Of a DNA stretch of 64,000 bases, positions 1 through 10,575 are shown piece by piece; the first letter of the stretch is position 1, and every line of letters starts with the position of its first letter. The DNA is taken from NCBI GenBank assembly GCA_050287085.1, contig JBNKBE010000011.1, positions 128,001 through 192,000 on the forward strand. The letters are read 5' to 3'. This stretch comes from Polyangiaceae bacterium (GTDB taxonomy: Bacteria > Myxococcota_A > Polyangia > Polyangiales > Polyangiaceae). The translations under genes were made by a program, and so were the position numbers. Below the pieces are notes generated by a model. The model searched no databases, was not told the origin of the DNA, and saw nothing but the letters and a program-made list of their open reading frames with translations.

Positions 1-543
1 ATTCCAGTGGACGCGGGGGACTTCCGCCTGATGAGCCGGCGCGTAGTCCTCGCGATGAGGGCCCTACGAGAAACTCACCGCTTCGTACGTGGGATGGTCA
101 GCTGGGTCGGCTTTCGACAGACGGCCGTGCTTTATGACCGGCCAGAGCGATTCGCCGGGGAGACCCACTACCCCTTGGGCAAAATGCTCCGCTTCGCGAT
201 TGACGGCATTACCTCGTTTTCCGTCGTTCCGCTCAAGATGGCGATTTGGCTCGGCGTATTCGCCGGCCTCATGGGCGTCGTGGTCGCCTTGCTCGCTGCC
301 TACGCTCACTTCTTCACGCAAGCTACGATTCCTGGTTGGACGGGCATCATGGTCGCCGTCTGCCTTTCAGCCAGCGCCCAACTACTCATGACGGGAGTCT
401 TGGGCAACTACGTGGGCCGCATCTACGAAGAAGTCAAACGGCGTCCGCTCTATCTCGTCGAGGACGAATACAACACGAACGTCAGGCCTGTCACCGATGA
501 GCCACCCGCGAGTATCCGCACCTTCCCTCATCCCAAGACCTGA
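1..543 (+). CDS. GT2 family polyprenol-phosphate glycosyltransferase (GtrB/YkcC-like), 5' partial
   Basis: DAGDFRLMSRRV, RFVRGMVSWVGF, RFAGETHY, two C-terminal TM helices, YVGRIYEEVKRRPLY. Confidence 0.9.
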   Translation: MPVDAGDFRLMSRRVVLAMRALRETHRFVRGMVSWVGFRQTAVLYDRPERFAGETHYPLGKMLRFAIDGITSFSVVPLKMAIWLGVFAGLMGVVVALLAAYAHFFTQATIPGWTGIMVAVCLSASAQLLMTGVLGNYVGRIYEEVKRRPLYLVEDEYNTNVRPVTDEPPASIRTFPHPKT

Positions 544-617
544 GCTCACGCGAGCCACAAGCGCCGCGAGCGCCACCCCCAATGCCGCGGCATGCGCCGG
601 CCCGGCCACGAAGGCCC

Positions 618-1580
618 TCAAGCTAGTTGCGTGGTGTTGAACCCCAGTGCCCGGTCCTCCGGTGGAGTCCAATCAAGCTCCGGGCCCCGCGCCACGATAC
701 CGTATGGATTCAAGCTCTCGTGAGAACCGTAGTAGTGCTTGCGAATGTGTTCAAAATCGGTCGTTTCGCGAACACATGGTAGGGCATACAACTCGCGTGT
801 ATAGGCCCACAACGCGGGATAATCCACGAGTCGCTTAACGTTGCATTTGAAGTGCGTATGGTAGACATGGTCGAAGCGCAACAGAGTGGGTAGCAATCGG
901 ATATCTGCCTCTGTGATCGCATTGCCCACCAGAAAACGCCGCTGCGCAACCATGTTTTCCAAGCGGTCTAGCGCGGTAAAAAGACGCTCGATCGCGACGT
1001 CGTATGCATGCTGAGAGCGAGCAAAACCAGCGCGGTACACGCCGTCGTTCACGTCGTTGTACACCCAGTCGTTCAGTGCGTCGATCTGAGACCGAAGTGG
1101 AGCTGGATACAAGTCCTGGGGATGTCTTGCCAAGGGCTGAAAGGCCTCGTTCAGCATCCGAATGATCTCGGAGGACTCATTGTTGACGATGCGCCCCCCC
1201 AACTTGTCCCAAAGGACCGGCACCGTTACGGCCCCCGCGTACCCAGGCATCGTCTGTTCGTAGGCCTCCCGCAGCAGTGAGAAGCCGTTCACCCGATCCC
1301 CCGTGGCCCCGGGGTTCTTTGTGTCGAAGGTCCACCCTTCGGGCCCCAGATGGTGGTCGACGACGTCGACGGAGATGTGATCCGCAAGCCCCTTGAGGTG
1401 CCGGGTAATGAGGACGCGATGAGCCCAAGGACATGCCAGCGAGACGTAGACGTGGTAACGCCCGGACTCGACGGGAAAGTCCGCGTGCCCGACCACGCCG
1501 TGGAATGTGGTCGCTCGCCGCGCAAACTCACCCTCTTCGGTGACTTGCTTCTCCCAAGTGCGTTCCAACGGGTCGCCCAT
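618..1580 (-). CDS. Glutathionyl-hydroquinone reductase (YqjG/ECM4-like glutathione S-transferase)
   Basis: GRYHVYVSLACPWAHR, VTVPVLWDK, IVNNESSEIIRM, GVYRAGFA, HFKCN; start placed at ATG 1580. Confidence 0.92.
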   Translation of the reverse strand: MGDPLERTWEKQVTEEGEFARRATTFHGVVGHADFPVESGRYHVYVSLACPWAHRVLITRHLKGLADHISVDVVDHHLGPEGWTFDTKNPGATGDRVNGFSLLREAYEQTMPGYAGAVTVPVLWDKLGGRIVNNESSEIIRMLNEAFQPLARHPQDLYPAPLRSQIDALNDWVYNDVNDGVYRAGFARSQHAYDVAIERLFTALDRLENMVAQRRFLVGNAITEADIRLLPTLLRFDHVYHTHFKCNVKRLVDYPALWAYTRELYALPCVRETTDFEHIRKHYYGSHESLNPYGIVARGPELDWTPPEDRALGFNTTQLA

Positions 1581-1943
1581 GGTGGGTGAATATGGCGCAG
1601 TAGCCCCAGGACACCAGTGATTTCCCTCGTCTATTGCGCTCCGTGGCCTACTGCGAAAGCGCCCCTTGACATGAGCGAGAAGTGCACCACAGACCAAGCG
1701 CGCGACGCGTCGGCGGGCCCCGGAAGACGGGTCGCGCCGGATTACCCAGATTGGGGCGGCCCATCGCGAGAAGCCCGACTGGGTCGCATAATTGTGGCAA
1801 GCATGGAAGCGGCGTATCGAACTTGGATCGCGACAACCCTCGGGGAGAGCCCGCGAATTCGAGGAACAATCTCACCGGAGCACAAGCGCTTGCGGTGCGG
1901 AGAGGCACCAGGCAGACTCGACTTCGTGTCTCCATCGGCTCGC

Positions 1944-3386
1944 GTGCGCTTGCACTTCGCCTCACTCCTCTCCACTTCGCTGTCCGCAGCAGGCAGCCGA
2001 TTGCGCTCACGCGCACTCGCAGCAGGTGTCGGTTTGGCCTGCACGCTCGCCGTGGCGCCGGCACTAGCTCTGAGCCGAGGGGCCCCGTTCTCCGGCTGCA
2101 CCGGATGTCACGGTGCCAACGGCGACTCCGACGTCGAGCTCACTGCCGATGGCCCGATCGAGCCCGGACAGACCACCGCTTTCTCCCTTCGCATTTCGGC
2201 CGCCACAATCCGCTCGGCGGGCTTCATGGCGACCACGGACGGGGTCGGAACGCTCATTCCAGGTGCGAGCTCACAACTCTCAGCGGCCGACCTCACCCAC
2301 ACGTCACCCGCCCAGGCGAACGGAGGCAGCGCGGAGTTCCACTTTAGCTGGACCGCGCCCCCCGAACCGGGGGGGGTGGACATCTGGATCTACTCGCTAG
2401 CGACCAACGGCGACGGAAGGACGTCGGGCGATATCTCCGGCGCGACGAAGTTTAGCTTCGCCTACGGCTGTGATGGCATCACGCTGTATCGAGACTCAGA
2501 TCGGGACGGTGTTGGTAGCGAGGATTCGACCTCGCTAGGATGCGACGCCCGAGACGGATGGGCGACAAGCGCTGGCGACTGCAACGAAAACAACCCCAAT
2601 GTCTATCCCGGTGCCGTGGAGCACTGCGACGAACGCGATAATGACTGCGACGGAGAGATAGACGAGGACATCGTTCCTGTCCCGCTCTACGTCGACGAGG
2701 ACGGCGACGGATACGGGGATCCCGCAATTGCCCCCATCATGGGGTGCGACGAAGAGCCCGGCTTCGCTACCACCAACGACGACTGCAACGACTCCGACGC
2801 CAACACCCACCCAGACGCGCTTGAAACCTGTGACGGGCGTGACAACAACTGTGACGGCCGCGTTGACGAAGGAGCCCGTACACGCTGCGGCGTTGGCTGG
2901 TGTGAACGCGAAGCAACTTCCTGTTTTAGTGACGAATGCTATCCAGGCGAGCCGACCGAAGAAAGGTGCAATGGGCTCGATGACAACTGCGATGGCGTTG
3001 TCGATAACGACGCCACCTGCGGCAACGGCGAAGCCTGCTACCAAGGTGCATGCATTCCAAGCGAGGACGTCGCCATCATTGAAGGGATGCCGGATGGGAT
3101 GTCCCCCGTGGGCGGCAGTGGGAATGCTCCGGCGGCGACGGCGGGCGCCAACAACGCCGGCAGTGGCCTCGCCCCGACGACTGAGCCACAAGCCACGAAC
3201 GGCGGAGCGCCCAACGCCGGTCCCCAGATGGCAGCGGCAGGAAGTTCCCCCACGAGCTCATGCGCGGTAACCTCGGCTCGCGCCGCGACGGGAGCCCACT
3301 GGCTGCTTGCAGCCGCCGCATTGCTTCTGTGCCGACGAGGTCGGTCCCGCCCAAGCGTGGCCCGCGGGACGCGCGCCCGCCAGTAG
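1944..3386 (+). CDS. Secreted Reeler-like domain protein with Cys/Asp-rich putative metal-binding repeats and MYXO-CTERM-like anchor
   Basis: CTGCH then Reeler-like FSWTAP; repeated DCN..YPGA.E.CD.RDNDCDG; C-terminal SSC..hydrophobic..RRGR; start uncertain (ORF open from 1617). Confidence 0.75.
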   Translation: MRLHFASLLSTSLSAAGSRLRSRALAAGVGLACTLAVAPALALSRGAPFSGCTGCHGANGDSDVELTADGPIEPGQTTAFSLRISAATIRSAGFMATTDGVGTLIPGASSQLSAADLTHTSPAQANGGSAEFHFSWTAPPEPGGVDIWIYSLATNGDGRTSGDISGATKFSFAYGCDGITLYRDSDRDGVGSEDSTSLGCDARDGWATSAGDCNENNPNVYPGAVEHCDERDNDCDGEIDEDIVPVPLYVDEDGDGYGDPAIAPIMGCDEEPGFATTNDDCNDSDANTHPDALETCDGRDNNCDGRVDEGARTRCGVGWCEREATSCFSDECYPGEPTEERCNGLDDNCDGVVDNDATCGNGEACYQGACIPSEDVAIIEGMPDGMSPVGGSGNAPAATAGANNAGSGLAPTTEPQATNGGAPNAGPQMAAAGSSPTSSCAVTSARAATGAHWLLAAAALLLCRRGRSRPSVARGTRARQ

Positions 3387-3481
3387 CGGCCCCGATATCG
3401 TCACAGAACGCTCGGGCTCACCCAGTTGAGTCGAGCCCGGAAGCTGCGCGTTGGTCTGAACCGTGGTACGTTCGTGACTCG

Positions 3482-4417
3482 ATGTCGCGTCCAATCCAAG
3501 CTCCGCTCCAGTCCAACGTTGCGTCACGACCGTCAATTCTAGCAAGACGAAGCCGCGCGCTAGAAATCCAACCTTGGCTTCGAGCTAGCGTCGGCGCCCT
3601 TGGGCTGGCGTGCTCGGTGTGGGGTTGTTCCACCGCAGAGCTGGCGAAAAGCAGCACGCAGGCGCAGCTCAATGACGCAAACGCCCCCTCGAGCCGCCCA
3701 GACGGAAGCGCGCAGCTCGCCGATACCCGGGACGAGTCGGCGACGTCAGAAGACCCGTCGAAGCCCCCCGTGGGAGGAGCCATTAAGGACGCAGACACCC
3801 CACGCGCGACGGACCCTGCGAAGATTCGCGACGGCGCCGCAAGCGCACCGCGAGACAGCGGCGCCGTCACGCCCGCAGATGCGAGCAATACGGGAAACAA
3901 CGACGCTGGTAGCAGCTGCGAAAACGTAGCCTGTCTCCGCGCGTTCGAGTGTGCGGAAGCATGTGGGGGTGAGGTCTTGTACAGCGGTTGTTGTGCCTGT
4001 GAGGCCCCCTTGATCGACATCGCATCGGAATGTCCCAAGCCCGAAAACGAGGTAGCTTGCGGCGCACGTGCAGGAAACACTTGTGCAGAGGACGAATACT
4101 GCGCCTACGAGGAAGGTCAATACTGCGGGGCGGCTGACGCAAGCGCCCTATGCAAGCCCCGCCCGTTCGCGTGCACGCGTGAGCTACAGCCGGTTTGTGG
4201 GTGTGACGGTAAGAACTACAACAATCGCTGTGAAGCCGCTAGCCACGGAACCGGCGTCCTGCATTCTGGCGATTGCGTGCAGAACAATGACTGCGGTCTC
4301 CGCGAGTGTTTGCGCAACGTTCGCTGCGCAGCTGACTGCGGTGGCGACATCGTCCAGGAGGGCTGTTGCCCCTGTCCCGATGGTACGATCGACGTAGACG
4401 TGATGTGTAGGAACTGA
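3482..4417 (+). CDS. Cys-rich lipoprotein with Kazal-type domain
   Basis: Lipobox-like VWGC; CTRELQPVCGCDGKNYNNRCEA Kazal motif; duplicated C-x-C-LR-xx-C..CGG..GCC-x-C module. Confidence 0.75.
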   Translation: MSRPIQAPLQSNVASRPSILARRSRALEIQPWLRASVGALGLACSVWGCSTAELAKSSTQAQLNDANAPSSRPDGSAQLADTRDESATSEDPSKPPVGGAIKDADTPRATDPAKIRDGAASAPRDSGAVTPADASNTGNNDAGSSCENVACLRAFECAEACGGEVLYSGCCACEAPLIDIASECPKPENEVACGARAGNTCAEDEYCAYEEGQYCGAADASALCKPRPFACTRELQPVCGCDGKNYNNRCEAASHGTGVLHSGDCVQNNDCGLRECLRNVRCAADCGGDIVQEGCCPCPDGTIDVDVMCRN

Positions 4418-4497
4418 GCCCCCACTGCAGGCCGCCGGTAGCCGCCGTGCACGCCTCCAACGGACCCGCTCGCCGCAGGTGGAGGACTCTCAGCTTC

Positions 4498-4803
4498 CTA
4501 CGCGCGGCCGCGACGTGACCAACGCCGTAGCGCGCTGCTCCTCCACAAAAACTCCCAGGGCAGAAGCGAGGCAAATACCGGCACCATCGCGGGAAACCCC
4601 ACGCCCAACGTGAGGTAGATACCGAACTGCAACGCGGATAGGCCGCCGCCGATGAACAGAGTCCAGCGGCCTCCCAGCATCATCAATAGCGCCAGGAGTT
4701 CTAGTACCAGCGCCCCAAGGGCCATGCCCTGACACAAGAGCGGAAACCGAGCAAAGAAGAGTCCCAGCTCCGTCACCGGTGAGGGCGTGAAGTGATCGGG
4801 CAT
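4498..4803 (-). pseudogene. Fragment of an HTTM-like membrane protein (C-terminal part only)
   Basis: Hydrophobic 101-aa ORF (LCQGMALGALVLELLALL..LQFGIYLTLGVGF..LPW) resembling HTTM C-termini; no matching N-terminus upstream. Confidence 0.4.
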
Positions 4804-5126
4804 GATTTGGACTACCGAATGAGGCGGCCGATGACGTTCTTGAGGCGTTCAGCCGCGCCGTAGAACTCCGCCAGCTCGGTGGGCTTGCCGCGGAGTCCGG
4901 CATCGGTTTCGATCGCTGCCGCGGCCTCGCAGAGAGCGCAATGGCGTAAAACCGGCTGACCTCGAAGGCCACCCTTGTGCTGGCCGGGGGTAGGCTCGGC
5001 GGCGCTCGGCTCCGAATCTGTGCATGCCAGCCCCAAGCCCGAAAGCACCTTGTTGCCGACGAACTGGCAAAGCCCGGTGGGGTAGTTCCGGACCGACTGT
5101 CAATCAAGGTTGCACTCGAAACGACA

Positions 5127-8100
5127 CTATGCAGTGCCGACCGCAGGAAGCGCCTTGGGCATAGCCGCTTCCACGCTGAGGCTCTCCTCCCCTTCGCGCT
5201 CAGCAGGCTCTCGTGCCGCCTCTCGCAGTAGGGTCACGAGCCGCGGCACGTTGGTGGCCGCGGCAGAAGCCCCCACGACAGTGGCCCACCCGAACGGGCC
5301 GAGCGGGCGACAACCGAAGAAGTGTGACAGTCCGGGAGTCTGAATGATTGCAGCGAGCACTGCCGCCGACCCGATGCCGGTCCACCGCACCGTGGCGTCG
5401 CCGTGACCGGCAGACAAGGTCTGGCTTAACTGGGTACCAACGAGAGAGGCCAGCGCGACTGTGCTCGCACGCGCCCGCGTGCCGGTAAATCGCGCAATCG
5501 TCCAGGCGCCAGCCGCCCCGAGCCCCGTGAGCCCTGCTCTCAATGCAATGTCACGATTGAGAGGTTGCCCGAGAGACGCCTCCGGTCCCTCCTTGGCCAA
5601 CGCGTCCAAGGTTTCCTCCGACGGTGGACGAATTGCAATCGCCATTGCCGGCGCCACGTCTGTCAGCAGGTTAACAAGCAGCAGCTGTCGCGCGTTCAGA
5701 GGCGGCCGGCCGCTAATAACTCCCACGGCGGTCGTGAAGCCGATCTCCCCGAGGTTGCCCCCCATCAAGATGGAAACCGCATCGCGCACGGACGACCACA
5801 TCGCACGGCCCTCGGCCACCGCGCGCAGGAGGGTCTCTATTCGCCCGTCGGTCAACACGATGTCCGCGGCTCCCCGGGCTGCCGCGGTGCTGTTTTCACC
5901 GATGGCCACCCCAACGTCGGACAGTCGAATTGCCGGAGCATCGTTTGCGCCGTCGCCCAGCATCGCGACTACGCGCCCGGCTCGCTGCAATGCACGTACG
6001 ATTCGCACCTTCTGTGCTGGAGTTACTCGAGCAAAAACAGCGATCCGCGGCAGGGCCAAATCAAGAGCCACGTCGTCCATGGCGGCCAGCTGTACGCCCG
6101 TTAGCACCTCGGCACCGCGCAGCAAGCCAAGCTCCGTCGCAATGGCCTCAGCCGTGCTCGGATGGTCGCCCGTGATCATCACAGCTCCGACGCCGGCCTT
6201 CGCCAGATCTTGTAGTGCCTGGCGCGCAGTGGGCCGCACAGGATCTGTGAACGCCAAGAAGCCACAGAATGCGAGTCGCTCCAGCGACTCCGGTCCCTCG
6301 GGGGTCTGTTCGGTGTCGATCACGCGCTCGGCAACCGCCAAGACACGCAACCCGCGCCGTGCAATCCGTGTTGCTTGCACAGCCAAGCTATAGCGCTCGT
6401 CGGACCCCAGCTGGCGCTCACTCTTGCCACGTCTCCAGCTCGAGCACATCGGCAAGACAACCTCCGGTGCTCCTTTGACGCTCAGTACGCCACCGTCAGC
6501 AGAATTGCCAAAGGTTGCGTGATAGCCCCGCCCTGATTCGAAGGATAACTCGCTCCTGCGTCGCCACTCGGGGCACCCGAAGTCGGCATCGAGTCGCGCG
6601 CGCGCAGCGGCACGGTACAGCGCCACGTCCGTGGGATCGACCGCAACGCCTTCGCTAGGTCCGCTGGCTCTGAGCGCCGCTGCCAACGCGTCCCGCCGGG
6701 CCCGGCTGACGTCCTCCACGAACTCGTGCAGCTCACCATCGCTGACGGAACTCAGTTCGATGCGTCCCTCCGTCAACGTACCGGTCTTGTCGACGCAGAT
6801 CGTGTCAACGCGCCCCAGCGCTTCGATACTCCGGCTGTTTCGCACTAGCGCGCCGCGCTGCGAAAGACGCTCTGCTGCGGCGAGTTGGGCTGCCGTGGCG
6901 AGCAGCGGGAGCCCTTCGGGCACCGACGCAACCGCCAAACTCACCGCGCTGCCAACCAACTCGTCGAGGCGTCGACCGCGAAGCAGTCCCCCCCCAACAA
7001 CGCCAACCCCAGCGGCCAGGGCGATGGGGCCCGTCAAGTCCATCAGCGAACGCAGACGTCGCTCAACCCCGCCCTGAGCGCGTCCCGCCTTGGCCACACT
7101 CGCACCACGCCGAACCTCCATGTTCTCGCCCAGCGCAACGACCACGGCCACGGCTCGGCCAGCCGCGATGCTCGTCCCCGCGTAGAGCATCGAGCTTCGA
7201 TCGGCGATACTATCCTCAAAGGAGGCGTGCTCGCCCTTCGACACGGGCAAAGACTCCCCCGTCAGCGTCGAAGCATCGACCTCCAGCGATTCGCCGGAGA
7301 TGATCCGGCAATCCGCCGGTACTACGTCGCCCGTTGCCAGAACGACCACGTCCCCCAGCACGAGGTCCGTCGCCATGACCTGGTAGTCAAAACCACCTCG
7401 ACGCACCCGTGCGACGGGCGTGACGGCCTCTGTCAGCTCCCGAATTTTGCGCTCCGTCCGATAGCGCTGAGTGCCGCCCACCAGCGCATTGACGACCACA
7501 ACCCCTGCCACCATGGCGGCATCCCCGACCGACCCCACCACCGCGGACAAGCCTGCCCCCACGGCCAAGAGCGGAGCGAACGGGCTAAACAGCTCGTCGG
7601 AAACCGCCTCCGTCAGCTGGGCAAGTTCATTGCTTCGTACAACCCCCGACTCGCTACGCCTGACGATTTCTTCGCGGCCAAGTCCATCGCGAGATGTGCC
7701 AAGGCGCGCGAGAACACCCTCTACCTCCAGGGCGTGCCACGGCGTCGGATCCCATGGCGCGGGAAGCTGCAACCGGCGTAGTTCCGTGGAGGAACGAAAG
7801 CCGTTCGCCATCGAGATGAGACTTGCAGAGTTTACGACGAAGAGCACCCGGCGGGTGGTCATCTTCAGCAAGCCGCCAGCGGAGACCAAGGCACCCACGC
7901 TGGCCGCCGATAGAGCAATGTTGACGGCCTGCTTGCTCAGCTCGCGGGCCTGCTTGCAAGCGTGGATCAGAAATCGAACGTCACCTAGGTCGCGACGGCA
8001 GATGATATGCGCTCCCCAGGGAGTGGGCTCGCCTTCTCGAACAATGCCAATGCCGCAGTCGGCGAGCGGCAAGCCAATCGAATCTCCGGTCGCAACGACC

Positions 8101-9554
8101 AGCACACCATGCCCCTCGCGCTGGAGGCGGCGTATCCCAGCACGCATGCCCTCAGTCTGAGAGATCATGTCGTCGACATTGAAACGGTCGAGCACAGACT
8201 CGTCGGACGACGCAATGACCACACGCATCTGCGCGTCCTGCGCTGCGGCGATGAGCTCCTCAACGCCCGTTCGCGGGACGATTTCCACGTCCACCACGGC
8301 GACTGCCCGACCAGCACGCTCGAGACATAGCAACAGGGTGCCGGTGCGCTGGCTCGCTCTTGCGTGCTCCTGCAAGCGAATATCCGCCGAAGCGCCGCTT
8401 TGGCCCCACGGTCCTAGGCGCCACAGACCGTCACCCTGAGATCTGAGCGGCTGTTTGGGATCGAACATCGCGCGAACGCGCTCCCGTAGGTCCGCCGCCT
8501 CATCGGGCTCGTCGGAGGTGACGCCGGACAGCACGAAATGATCCGTCGTCACCAGGTCGCCCTGGAGCACCAAACAGTTGAGACGGTCGAAACGCCGCAG
8601 AACCTCCGGCTCCTGAACGAGCAAGCCCCGCTGCGCGAGCGCCAGTGAAAGCTCCGCCGCAAAGATGTCGCGCCCGACGCGCGCCGGACGTGGAAGACCG
8701 CCAAACACCGCGGCTGTAGCCCGCTGGATGCTTCGAGTCGCAACCAAGCTCAGAGCAAAACCGCTCAGCGAAACAGCCCAAGCCCGATCGGCGTATTCTT
8801 CGATAGGTCCGCGCGGCAGTGGGCAGGGTCGGGTCGGGCTCTGGCCTATGCCTCGCGTGGCAAATCCATCGCCCTTGTGCACGAGGAGCTCGGCCTTGCG
8901 ACGCTCCCAAACGGATGCCTGACCCCGAAGCTCACGAAGCTGCTCAAACTTGTGAACAGAGTCCACAAGCGAGGTCATCGGTCGCTGCGCTGCGGCATGT
9001 ACGACAGAGTTGGCCAGATTGAGGATGAGGTCGGCGCGTTCCGGTCCCCAGCGCTCTTCGAGGCCCCCTCGCAGGCGCGGCACGCTTCGAAGCAAGGACA
9101 CGGCTGCCACTAGGTTACCGACGCCGGGGACCGCGGGAAGCGGCGTCACTCGGAGGCTAGCCCCCACGGTCAGTGCAACCAGATCCGCGAAGAGCTCGAC
9201 GCTGCGGCGCAGCGGCAACTCCTGGTCTTCCGGATGATAGACTTGGCGCTCAAATCCGGCGTTGTCCACAGAGGCCATGCGCTCGGCCCGCTCGACGACG
9301 GACACGAGCTCGTCTTCCCCGTATGCGTTGCGTTGATAGGCAAACACCACCCGCTGCGTGTGGGCGTTCAGCTCCACCCAATCCAGATAACGCATGTCGG
9401 CAGCCAACGTGCTGATCGCGTCGGCCAGCGCGGGCAGCTCTTCGTCCACGACGGTGCGAAACTCGACGTGGGCGCGTTCAGCTCCGATCGACACGCGGCG
9501 CTTGCGAGCGCGAAATAACTGGCTCACTTGGTGAGCTACCTGCAGAAAACCCAT
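5127..9554 (-). CDS. Large cation-transporting P-type ATPase (CtpH/CtpI-like)
   Basis: LTGES, VPEGLP, DKTGTLT, KGAPE, MITGDH, GDGANDAPA; about 650-aa N-terminal extension. Confidence 0.9.
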   Translation of the reverse strand: MGFLQVAHQVSQLFRARKRRVSIGAERAHVEFRTVVDEELPALADAISTLAADMRYLDWVELNAHTQRVVFAYQRNAYGEDELVSVVERAERMASVDNAGFERQVYHPEDQELPLRRSVELFADLVALTVGASLRVTPLPAVPGVGNLVAAVSLLRSVPRLRGGLEERWGPERADLILNLANSVVHAAAQRPMTSLVDSVHKFEQLRELRGQASVWERRKAELLVHKGDGFATRGIGQSPTRPCPLPRGPIEEYADRAWAVSLSGFALSLVATRSIQRATAAVFGGLPRPARVGRDIFAAELSLALAQRGLLVQEPEVLRRFDRLNCLVLQGDLVTTDHFVLSGVTSDEPDEAADLRERVRAMFDPKQPLRSQGDGLWRLGPWGQSGASADIRLQEHARASQRTGTLLLCLERAGRAVAVVDVEIVPRTGVEELIAAAQDAQMRVVIASSDESVLDRFNVDDMISQTEGMRAGIRRLQREGHGVLVVATGDSIGLPLADCGIGIVREGEPTPWGAHIICRRDLGDVRFLIHACKQARELSKQAVNIALSAASVGALVSAGGLLKMTTRRVLFVVNSASLISMANGFRSSTELRRLQLPAPWDPTPWHALEVEGVLARLGTSRDGLGREEIVRRSESGVVRSNELAQLTEAVSDELFSPFAPLLAVGAGLSAVVGSVGDAAMVAGVVVVNALVGGTQRYRTERKIRELTEAVTPVARVRRGGFDYQVMATDLVLGDVVVLATGDVVPADCRIISGESLEVDASTLTGESLPVSKGEHASFEDSIADRSSMLYAGTSIAAGRAVAVVVALGENMEVRRGASVAKAGRAQGGVERRLRSLMDLTGPIALAAGVGVVGGGLLRGRRLDELVGSAVSLAVASVPEGLPLLATAAQLAAAERLSQRGALVRNSRSIEALGRVDTICVDKTGTLTEGRIELSSVSDGELHEFVEDVSRARRDALAAALRASGPSEGVAVDPTDVALYRAAARARLDADFGCPEWRRRSELSFESGRGYHATFGNSADGGVLSVKGAPEVVLPMCSSWRRGKSERQLGSDERYSLAVQATRIARRGLRVLAVAERVIDTEQTPEGPESLERLAFCGFLAFTDPVRPTARQALQDLAKAGVGAVMITGDHPSTAEAIATELGLLRGAEVLTGVQLAAMDDVALDLALPRIAVFARVTPAQKVRIVRALQRAGRVVAMLGDGANDAPAIRLSDVGVAIGENSTAAARGAADIVLTDGRIETLLRAVAEGRAMWSSVRDAVSILMGGNLGEIGFTTAVGVISGRPPLNARQLLLVNLLTDVAPAMAIAIRPPSEETLDALAKEGPEASLGQPLNRDIALRAGLTGLGAAGAWTIARFTGTRARASTVALASLVGTQLSQTLSAGHGDATVRWTGIGSAAVLAAIIQTPGLSHFFGCRPLGPFGWATVVGASAAATNVPRLVTLLREAAREPAEREGEESLSVEAAMPKALPAVGTA

Positions 9555-9737
9555 GGATGAAATGCGCAGTCGAGAGCGTCTGAATACGCGAAGAAACCCG
9601 GAAGGCTCTAGTGGACTTCCCTCAAAAGCGGGAGACGCCTCCACCCGCGCGGCCCAATGGCCAGAATCGGACCAATCGGGCCATTCGGCCCCAGATTTTG
9701 CGTCCGGGCAGCATGTCGGTGTAAGACTGTGGGTCAA

Positions 9738-10565
9738 ATGACCGATGAACCGTCGGAAACTGCGGATCCGGAAGAGGGTGACGCGCTCTATGAAGACCTT
9801 TCAGAGGTCGTAAAGGCGGCGCGGCGCGGTTTCTTGCGCGATGTAGAGCTGCTCGTTCGTGCCCTGCCCCGGGGTGGGCTTCTGGTACCGCTTGCCACAG
9901 AAGTGCGCAGCGCACAGGCCCCAGACGGCACTGACGACGATGAAAGCGTCACGATTCGACCTCATCTCTTACCCGATCGCGACGGAACGTCCTTCGTCCC
10001 CCTCTTCACCGACGCCGACGCGCTCGTCACCGTCGGGGAGTATCTGCAGTGGTCCACCGACGACAGTAACGAGCTGCAATACTGCACCCTGCCGGCCCTC
10101 GTAGCCGTCGAACTCGCACTCTCCCTGCTGGCCGACGGCACCGTTGTGGGCGCGGTCATCAACCCTTCGGACGAACACGAATTGGTACTGCAGCGACACG
10201 AACTGGCGGCCCTCAGCCAACAACAGGCCCTCCCCTTGGTCGGGTACGTGCAAGAAATTCCGGTCGCAGACGATGAAGAGGTGCTGGTCGCCGAACTGGC
10301 CGCCCCCCCGAGCCCAGAGCTGATCGCCGCCATCGAAGCGTGTCTTGCCCACCTCCCGCACGTAGACGGCTACGCCCTCGAACAAACCTTCAACAAAGAG
10401 CGCGATCTAGAGCCCCATCCGACTCTGACGCTACGCGTCAAAGATCCCGAGGCGATAGACGCAAACAAGCTCAACGAGTTGCTGGCCGAGAAACTGGAAG
10501 GCAAGCTTCCGGACCCCGGATACATCGACGTTTTGTTTGACACAGCTGGCGCAAAGACCGATTAA
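9738..10565 (+). CDS. SseB family protein
   Basis: LLVP..DGTSFVPLFTD..GAVINP pattern of SseB N-domain plus acidic C-domain. Confidence 0.7.
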   Translation: MTDEPSETADPEEGDALYEDLSEVVKAARRGFLRDVELLVRALPRGGLLVPLATEVRSAQAPDGTDDDESVTIRPHLLPDRDGTSFVPLFTDADALVTVGEYLQWSTDDSNELQYCTLPALVAVELALSLLADGTVVGAVINPSDEHELVLQRHELAALSQQQALPLVGYVQEIPVADDEEVLVAELAAPPSPELIAAIEACLAHLPHVDGYALEQTFNKERDLEPHPTLTLRVKDPEAIDANKLNELLAEKLEGKLPDPGYIDVLFDTAGAKTD

Positions 10566-10575
10566 CGCTCCCCCG

